Assembly (NCBI RefSeq): GCF_006345805.1
Contig: NW_021824781.1
Span: 1 to 17,279 of the forward strand
Source: Octopus sinensis
Taxonomy: Eukaryota
Direction: 5' to 3'
DNA length: 17,279 nt
Shown: in pieces, positions 9,893 to 17,279 of the stretch
How positions within the stretch are numbered: the stretch's first letter is position 1
Layout of the letters: each line of letters opens with the position of its first letter
Made by a program: the position numbers and the translations under genes
The notes under the pieces: model-generated
Database searches by the model: none
Told to the model about the DNA's origin: nothing
What the model saw: only the letters and a program-made list of their open reading frames with translations

Positions 9893-10111
9893 AATCCTTT
9901 CTAATAAAGTCACAAGGCCTGAAAAACTTGGGGGGGAGGGGCTAGTTGATTATATATCGACCCCATTGCATAACTGGTACTTATTTCATTAACCATGAAA
10001 GGATGGAAGGCAAAGTCGACCTTGATTGAATTTGAACTCAGAATGTAAAGACAGATGAAATGCCACTAAGCATTTTGCCCGGTGCACGGACGATTCTTCC
10101 AGCTCACCACC

Positions 10112-10112
<1 letters not shown>
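9893..10112 (-). mobile_element. SINE family B copy
   Basis: aactggtacttattt...aaggcaaagtcgacct...atttgaactcagaa...ccagctcaccacc matches 8845-9053 and 15281-15502. Confidence 0.78.
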
Positions 10113-10153
<41 letters not shown>

Positions 10154-10204
10154 TAAAAGGTTTCACATATTCTTCACGGAAACAAATAGAAAATATAAAG
10201 AGTG

Positions 10205-10697
10205 TGATGTGATTTCAATAGATATTTTATTAGTCTCTCTCTTTTTTTACTCTTTTACTTGTTTCAGTCATTTGACTGTGGCCATGCTGGAGCACCACCT
10301 TTAGTCGAGCAAATTGACCCCAGGACTTATTCTTTTGTAAGCCTAGTACTTATTCTATCGGTCTCTTTTGCTGACCGCTAAGTTACGGGAACATAAACAC
10401 ACAAGCATCGGTTGTCAAGCAATGCTAGGAGGGACAAACACACACACACAAACATATACACACACACATATATATATATATACATATATACGACGGGCTT
10501 CTTTCAGTTTCTGTCTACCAAATCCACTTACAAGGCTTTGGTCGGCCCAAGGCTATAGTAGAAGACACTTGCTCAAGATGCCACGCAGTGGGACTGAACC
10601 CGGTCTCTTTTACTGAACTGCTAAGTTATGGGGATGTAAACACACCGGCATCAGTTGTCAAGCGATGTTGGAGGGACAAACACCGACACACAAACAT

Positions 10698-10778
<81 letters not shown>

Positions 10779-11155
10779 TACGACGGGCTTCTTTCAGTTT
10801 CCGTCTACCAAATCCACTCACAAGGCTTTGGTCGGCCCGAGGCTATAGTAGAAGACACTTGCCCAAGGTGCCACGCAGTGGGACTGAATCCGGAACCATG
10901 TGGTTGGTTAGCAAGCTGCTTACCACACAGCCACTCCTGCACCTAGTTTGAACAATATTTTAACAGCTTGCCAATAAAAATTGATAAATAGAAATTACAG
11001 AAATTCAAATTCAAAGTTTGACAGAGGAAGACCTGTGTTCCCACTTTTGAATTTCTATACTTTCTATTTATCACTTTTCATTCTGAACTTGACAAAGACA
11101 GGCAAGCTGTCAAAATATTGTTCAACCCAATAAAATATATATTGAAATCACATCA
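10205..11155. mobile_element. Foldback/MITE-like palindromic element interrupted by a SINE dimer
   Basis: 10205-10234 joined to 10948-10972 is the reverse complement of 11101-11155 (51/55). Inner arms 10982-11009 and 11046-11073 match at 26/28. Confidence 0.7.
10235..10943 (-). mobile_element. SINE family A dimer (10235-10602 lacking its 5' tip, fused to 10603-10943 lacking its 3' end)
   Basis: Reverse complement of 11203-11580, with internal (CA)n(TA)n. tagt occurs on both sides (10231-10234 and 10944-10947). Confidence 0.88.
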
Positions 11156-11202
11156 TGATCTTCGTATTGTCCAATAATAAAAATAATAATAATAATAATA
11201 TA

Positions 11203-11588
11203 GGCGCAGGAGTGGCTGTGTGGTAAGTAGCTTGTTTACCAACCACATGGTTCCAGGTTCAGTCCCACTGCTAGGCACCTTGGGCAAGTGTCTTCTGCTA
11301 TAGCCTCGGGCCGACCAAAGCCTTGTGAGTGGATTTGGTAGACGGAAACTGAAAGAAGCCCATCATATATATATATATATGCATGTGTGTCTGTTTGTTC
11401 CCTAGCATTGCTTGACAACTGATGCTGGTGTGTTTATGTCCCTGTCACATTAGCGGTTCGGCAAAAGAGACCGATAGAATAAGTACTGGGCTTACGAAGA
11501 ATAAGTCCCAGTGTTGAGTTGCTCGATTAAAGGCGATGCTCCAGCATGGCCGCAGTCAAAATGACTGAAACAAGTAAAAAAAAAAAAA
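11203..11588 (+). mobile_element. Full-length tRNA-derived SINE family A with CORE-like segment
   Basis: A box tggctgtgtggt, B box ggttcagtccc, CORE/MIR-like ccttgggcaagtgtctt, internal (TA)n and an A-rich tail. Many other copies occur in the window. Confidence 0.9.
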
Positions 11589-12226
11589 TTATTATTATTA
11601 TGATTATGATTATGAAGCTGATGATGATGATGATGACATTGGCTCAAGCATGTGACCTGCAGGACACTACATGGTTGAATCTTTGTATTATAAAAAGGTA
11701 TTATAATTCTTGTTTTTTTGGTTTTTGTTGGTTTTTTTTACAGCAATTAGGACCTTAATTATATTCCTGTTCCCACTCTCCTTGAATCCAATGAAACGAT
11801 TCGAATGGAAGGGATGGTGCAGCTAATTTGGGGCCAACCACAGACATTTCACATGTTGAACAGCCTGAAAAATAGCATCCAAAAAGAACGGAACCCCCCT
11901 ACTGGAGCAAAGAGTCAAGATTGGAAAGCCAGACCCATTTACCTGGAAAGGGGTCAAACTACCTGTTTACTGGAACCCTCCTGAAATCAGCCAAATTCTT
12001 ACACAGCAGACTACTACCCCAGTAACACAGATCACACAATGCATAGACTCTACTCACACAGCACCACCAGATACTACAACACAAACCATACAACGACCTG
12101 GGAACATTTCATTAGCGTCAGATTAAATTAAAAACAAGCTGAAATATTTAACGAAAAATTAACAAACTTATATACACTCATACATATGATGTATGTCGTG
12201 TGTGTGTGTAATATGTATGCATATAT

Positions 12227-12288
<62 letters not shown>

Positions 12289-12293
<5 letters not shown>

Positions 12294-12540
12294 ATTAAGT
12301 ATAGTAAAGAATGGAGCTGAACGAAGATTCGAAATAAAATAAAGGAATTTGGTTAAATCTTCATTCAGCCCCATTCTTACTATACTTAATATATAAAACT
12401 TCAAATTTCCGCACTAAGGCACGGATTTTATGCCCCATGGTCGTAACTTCAACCGTGCCTTTTCTGTTGTGATTTTTGCTACCCAAGTATCGGTTATCAT
12501 TTGAATTATCCGTAATAAGATAATTCATTTATTTACTTCA
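12289..12540. other. Unclassified triple-hairpin unit embedded in (TA)n
   Basis: Inverted arms at 12289-12329/12356-12395, 12416-12424/12453-12461 and 12502-12510/12519-12527, with (TA)n on both flanks. Confidence 0.7.
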
Positions 12541-12541
12541 A

Positions 12542-12584
<43 letters not shown>

Positions 12585-12686
12585 ATTATATATATATGTA
12601 CACATATATAGATGTCAGCATATTTGTAAGCAAAATTACACCGAGGAAGTGGTGTGCATGGTGTATAAAATACATATAGCATATAA

Positions 12687-12735
<49 letters not shown>

Positions 12736-13190
12736 AAGCATTGGTTATTGAACAAACATTAAATTTGAGTCTACGACTTTACATACAACACCACCCCTCA
12801 AACATTTAATCATATAAAAAAAATCACCATGGTTTCCAAACACATAAAAAAAATAATACATATACATAAAATCACAGAAATATAATCGAATAAAATACAA
12901 ATAGAACAGCCAATCAAAAGTGTTAAATATAAACGGCTAAAAATTCAAAAACCTACCAAAAAAAACCTAATAGACAAATATGAAATTAATAAAGATAAAA
13001 ATAAAAATAAAACAAATATCCAACGATTTAAAATGTTTTATCAGATGATTAAAATATTTTTTTAAAAATTTTTTATTTTAAAAAAAATATTTGAAAAAAT
13101 ATTTGTAAAATGTCTTTTACTTCCCTCATACAAGTATGTCCAAAGTTCATAAGTAAACAGACTTCACAGGTCAAATTTAAGATTCACATG

Positions 13191-13280
13191 TAACTATGGC
13201 CATTTCGGGGAGGTCACCACCACAGTTTATTTACACTAAAATGCAACATGGCGATGACCCCACCCACCTTCATCAAGATA
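13191..13280 (-). ncRNA. Minimal type I hammerhead ribozyme motif (C3U core variant), Penelope-like-element type
   Basis: Minus strand: UAUC-UUGAUGA-stem II containing a 15-bp helix-GAAA-UGGCCA-UA-GUUA. Stem III is palindromic. Confidence 0.62.
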
Positions 13281-13335
13281 AACAGGAAACAGGGGACACA
13301 CAATTTTTTATTATCCAGAACAGGTTGACAAAGAT

Positions 13336-13586
13336 AATATATATATACCTACATATATACATATATATATATACATATATATATACACATACATATATAT
13401 ACACATATATATATACACATATATATACACATATATATATACACATATATATATACACACATATATATACACATATATATATATACACATATATATACAC
13501 ATATATATATACACATATATATATATATATACAAACATATATATATATATACACATATATATATACATATATATATATACATATAT
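13336..13586. repeat. (TA)n/(TACA) compound microsatellite
   Basis: Seen directly. Confidence 0.95.
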
Positions 13587-13587
13587 G

Positions 13588-14007
13588 TTTATTGTGATTA
13601 AGTATTATTGACCCTATATTCTGTAGGCAACTATAGCTAACTTTAATTGTGTTGTTGTTGAAGATCTTGTGGCATTTGTTTGAATGTGGAAAATGGTTGT
13701 CTATTAGTTTTAAGTATTCTCTAGCTATGTTACTAGCCACATTCATGCTACAAGATGGGCTAAACCATAAGATTTTCCTCTGTCTGTGTCTTCTTGGTCT
13801 ATTTATATTTGGATGAATGTAGTGTGTACTATTCTTGAAATTGGACCTTCCTAAAGTAGCATTATAATATGGAGTGGTTTTTTTTCAATTGTCTTTGTCG
13901 ATGGATAAATTGGAGACCTGCCTGCTAGTGTTGCTAACTATTTGTTTAATTAGTGCTGGTGGATGTTTGGAACCTGTGTCTATGTACTAGGCTTCCTCGT
14001 TTTCTTT
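13588..14007 (-). pseudogene. Decayed Penelope-like retroelement ORF fragment (RT thumb/linker region, possibly Naiad-type)
   Basis: One frame reads [55 protein letters not shown]...[66 protein letters not shown]. This matches recalled PLE motifs (SNHPP..IK; RKIIWFNPPYS.NV; HFP..H..HKIFN.NT.KVSYSC). It carries two in-frame stops. Confidence 0.82.
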
Positions 14008-14565
14008 GAGGTTTGTTTCATCCACGCGAATTTACTAGAAATCTCATGAATAAAAGCAAGACTGTTTTCCAAAATGGAAGTGAATACCTTTCTCCATGTG
14101 ATTGGCTCAAAAAATTGTTAAGACACCGGGATATTTTCCAATTTTTCTTAACACGAAATCAATGGTAGATTTAATTCACAAATAAAGAAAATATATATGT
14201 ATACATATATATTCTGTTTTGTCAGTCAGACATTTGCAGGTTGTGGTAGCTTTGTTAGTTATTCAAGGAAGAAATTGGTGGAAGGAAAGACTTGCTCAAG
14301 CCTGGCTCTGGTACCAAGGAATCGGCGCTGAAGAGATTCTGATCGGAAGACACGGACAAGGAATGTGGTCTTGAGAGGGGTGAGGGAAAAGCAACCCTAC
14401 AGGACCCTACAAATATACAGAACAAAAAAAATTATCATGCATATATAGATAGATATATAAAATTAGTGTACATTTAAACACAAAAGAGGCAACCCTTAAC
14501 AGGCAACTTTACATGCTATAAGGAGCAGCCAGTGCTATATATCTATCTACGAATAGATATATATA

Positions 14566-14971
14566 TACTCTTTTACTCTCTCTTTTACTTGTTTCAGTCA
14601 TTTGACTGCGGCCATGCTGGAGCACCGCCTTTAATCAAACAACTCGACCCCGGGACTTATTCTTTTTGTAAGCCCAGTACTTATTCTATCGGTCTCTTTT
14701 TGCCGAACCGCTAAGTAACGGGGACATAAACACACCAGCATCGGTTGTCAAGCAATGCTAGGGGGACAAACACAGACACACGTATATATATATATATACA
14801 CATATATACGACGGGCTTCTTTCAGTTTCCGTCTACCAAATCCACTCACAAGGCATTGGTCGGCCTGAGGCTATAGTAGAAGACACTTGCCCAAGGTGCC
14901 ACGCAGTGGGACTGAACCCGGAACCATGTGAGTGGTAAACAAGCTACTTACCACACAGCCACTCCTGCGCC
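14566..14971 (-). mobile_element. Full-length SINE family A within (TA)n
   Basis: Reverse complement of 11203-11580 over its full length. Confidence 0.9.
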
Positions 14972-15043
14972 TATATATATACATATAGATATATACATAG
15001 TTTGTGTGTGTGTCTGTGTTAGAGTGTGTGCGTGCATCTATCA

Positions 15044-15235
15044 TCTTTTACTTGTCTCAATCATTAGGCTACGGCCATGCTGGGGCACCAACTTCAAGAA
15101 TTTTTAGTTGACATATATCGACCCCCATTCCTTAATTTTTCAAAACATGGTATTTATTGTATCAGGCTCTTTTTGCCAAACTGCTAAGTTACAGGAACAT
15201 AAACACACCAACACCGGTTGTCAAGTGGTGGGAGG
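15044..15235 (-). mobile_element. Diverged 3' half of SINE family A
   Basis: cggccatgctggggcacc...aaactgctaagttacaggaacataaacacaccaacaccggttgtcaag. Confidence 0.7.
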
Positions 15236-15280
15236 TATGAGGAGGGGAAAAGCACATAAAACCACATGCACACATATATA

Positions 15281-15502
15281 TTTCTTTATTGCCCACAAGG
15301 GGCTAAATATAGAGGGGACAAACATGGGACTAAGTCGATTACATGGACCCCAGTGCGAAACTGGTACTTATTTATCGACCCCGAGGGAAAAAAAAAAACA
15401 AAAAAGGCAAGTCGACCTCGGCGGATTTGAACTCACAACGTAACGACAGACGAAATACCGCTTAGCATTTCGCCCGGCGCGCTAACGTTTCTGCCAGCTC
15501 GC
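15281..15502 (-). mobile_element. Near full-length SINE family B
   Basis: The minus strand begins gcgagctggcagaaacgttagcgcgccgggcgaaatgc..., with B-box-like gagttcaaatcc and a body matching 1591-1740. Confidence 0.82.
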
Positions 15503-15754
15503 ATGCACACATATATATATGTGTGTGTGTCTGTGTGTGTGATAGTTAATGATAGGAAACAGGAATAATAATGTCGTGAACGAAATGTTTCTGGTTAGAA
15601 ATACATGGCGGATACGTCAGAGTACGGTGAGCGTTTATTTTCGTTCGAATATGTATTTACGAGAATATCTGCAAACGAAATTAAAGGGAGGTTAACGTTC
15701 AGAGGTTAACGCTTGCTTTGTTGGAGTTATCGCCTTGCATCAGTTCTGTCCTGT

Positions 15755-15819
15755 CAGTGCTGATGAAGGGGAGGTGATTCTGTCCTGCCTGTAGCACCTT
15801 CTTGGAAATTCCTGATGTA
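15755..15819 (+). ncRNA. Incomplete hammerhead-like motif
   Basis: CUGAUGA at 15760-15766, a 9-bp helix 15768-15776/15795-15803, GAAA at 15805-15808 and GUA at 15817-15819. There is no 3' strand for stem I. Confidence 0.35.
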
Positions 15820-15927
15820 ATCCTTTCAGGGTGGATAAATTAAGTACCTGCTCCATACTAGGGTCGATCTAATCGACTGCCCCACCGCCCCCAAAATTGC
15901 AGGCCTTGTGCCGAGAGTAGAAAAGAA
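15820..15927 (+). mobile_element. 3' fragment of SINE family B
   Basis: atcctttcaggggtggataaattaagtacc...gggtcgatctaatcgact...aggccttgtgcc, cf. 1615-1675. Confidence 0.72.
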
Positions 15928-16031
15928 TATAATTCTGACTACTATTTATCCTTCTGTTTTATTCCTTATAAACTGTGAATTTTATTCTTCATAAACTGCA
16001 AGTTTTTCCATAACTAAAATATTCATACCTT

Positions 16032-16099
16032 GTCTCTGATGATGGAATACCCAGTGCATGGACAGGCTAACCTACCGTGCCAGAAACAGCTGTAAAGAC
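16032..16099 (+). ncRNA. Minimal type I hammerhead ribozyme motif with palindromic stem III
   Basis: GUCU-CUGAUGA(16036-16042)-UGG...CCA-GAAA(16083-16086)-CAGCUG-UA-(A)-AGAC. Stem II is extended by CAUGG/CCGUG and AGG/CCU. Confidence 0.72.
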
Positions 16100-16202
16100 T
16101 TCAAATTCACCTTACCCCAATTAAATTTGTCTAAATGACTTGAGAAACTCGTTCTGCCTTGGTTTTGACTTTTCCTCTAACACACACACACTACAAGAAA
16201 AC

Positions 16203-16360
16203 ATCATAATCATCATCTCATGTCTATTGCCCATACTGGCATGGGTTGGACGGTTTGACTAGGGCTGGCATGCTGGAAGGCTGCACCAGGCTCCAGTCTG
16301 ATTTGGCATGGTTTTCTATGGCTGGATGCCCTTCCTAATGCCAACCACTCCAAGAGTGTA
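16203..16360 (-). mobile_element. Retroposon family D 3' end
   Basis: Matches 3270-3420: ggctgcacca..ctccagtctgatttggca..gctggatgcccttcctaatgccaaccactcc. Confidence 0.75.
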
Positions 16361-16361
16361 A

Positions 16362-16673
16362 TCTTTATATATAAAACTGAAGTTGTGTGTGTGAGAGTCT
16401 GTCTCCTCCGATTTAGATTCCTAACTACTCCACATTTTGCGGTGGTGCAGGTTTAACCAAAGCGGGTATCTTATAGTCGTGATTCATATCGAGCCCTTCT
16501 GAGTATTAGCGCGTGTCTACGATGAGTCTACGATTTAAAAAAAAATTTACCATAATTTTTTTCGCATTTTTAATGCCTTTTTTGCTCGGTTTATAAAAGG
16601 GAAGTAACTCTCTAAAAATGCTTATATAGTTATTTCCCTTACAAATCCGAGCAACGCCGGGCGATACTGCTAG
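16362..16673 (+). mobile_element. Non-autonomous Helitron (~312 bp)
   Basis: 5' A|TCtttatatataaaa, sub-terminal GC hairpin tccgagcaacgccggg (16646-16661) and 3' CTAG|T (16670-16673). It sits between A and T with no TSD, the canonical Helitron termini. Confidence 0.8.
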
Positions 16674-16878
16674 TAAATATATAAATAATTATGCCTGAAA
16701 AAAGTGAAAGTAGATAAAGATGTCAGATAAGTAAAGATAAGGGTTTGGCAATTTGAAATTTTCCCCTTTTTTATCAGCATCCATCAGTTTCCTTATACAT
16801 TTTGCAGGAGGAAGGCCCCAGGGTATGGGTGTAAATTTCATCTCTGTTATTATATGCCATTTCAGTGTCACAGGATAT

Positions 16879-17279
16879 ACTCTTTACTCTTTTACTTGTT
16901 TCAGTCATTTGACTGTGGCCATGCTGGAGCACCGCCTTTAATCGAGCAACTCAACCCCGGGACTTATTCTTTTGTAAGCCCAGTACTTATTCTATCGCAC
17001 TCTCTTTTGCCAAACCGCTATGTAACGGGGACATAAACACACCAGCATCGGTTGTCAAGCAATGTTGGGGGAGACAAACACAGACACACAAACATATACA
17101 CACACATACTCTGTACTTGTTTCAGTCATTTGACTGCGGCCATGCTGGAGCACCGCCTTTAATCGAGCAACTTGACCCCGGGACTTATTCTTTTGTAAGC
17201 CCAGTACTTATTCTATCGGTCTCTGTTGCTGAACCGCTAAGTACTATTAACGGGGACATAAACACACCAGCATTGGTCG
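16879..17279 (-). mobile_element. Two tandem 3' halves of SINE family A (16879-~17110 and ~17111-window end)
   Basis: tacttgtttcagtcatttgactg.ggccatgctggagcaccgcctttaatcgagcaact occurs twice. Confidence 0.88.

Noticed and set aside
9325-9904. Paired similar ORFs suggesting a duplicated small gene
   Set aside because: They are two copies of a retroposon 3' end plus AAT tails.
11203-11275. tRNA gene (also 3950-4016)
   Set aside because: A and B boxes are present, but there is no complete cloverleaf and the sequence runs into SINE bodies.
14325-14362. Hammerhead-like CTGAAGA-GAT-tctg-ATC-GGAA
   Set aside because: It has GGAA instead of GAAA, and no stem III or stem I complement.

Overview
This is eukaryotic, repeat-saturated genomic DNA. 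The SINE families and microsatellite load resemble octopus/cephalopod genomes; that is inferred from recall, not from a search. One protein-coding gene is supportable: a + strand TGF-beta superfamily ligand. It has a clear terminal exon (7704-8452) carrying an RRRR furin site and a cystine-knot domain that lacks the inter-chain cysteine, a phase-compatible prodomain exon (5568-5735), and one or two candidate micro-exons. The rest is mobile or simple-sequence DNA: several tRNA-derived SINE families (two head-to-tail arrays), an (AAT)n-tailed retroposon 3' end, a decayed Penelope-like retroelement ORF, a non-autonomous Helitron, a SINE-split foldback element and large microsatellites. The best hidden signals are two good and one weaker minimal type I hammerhead-ribozyme motifs (13191-13280 minus; 16032-16099 and 15755-15819 plus), and an unexplained ~250-bp triple-hairpin unit inside (TA)n (12289-12540). 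Most long ORFs in the supplied track are microsatellite or SINE artefacts.
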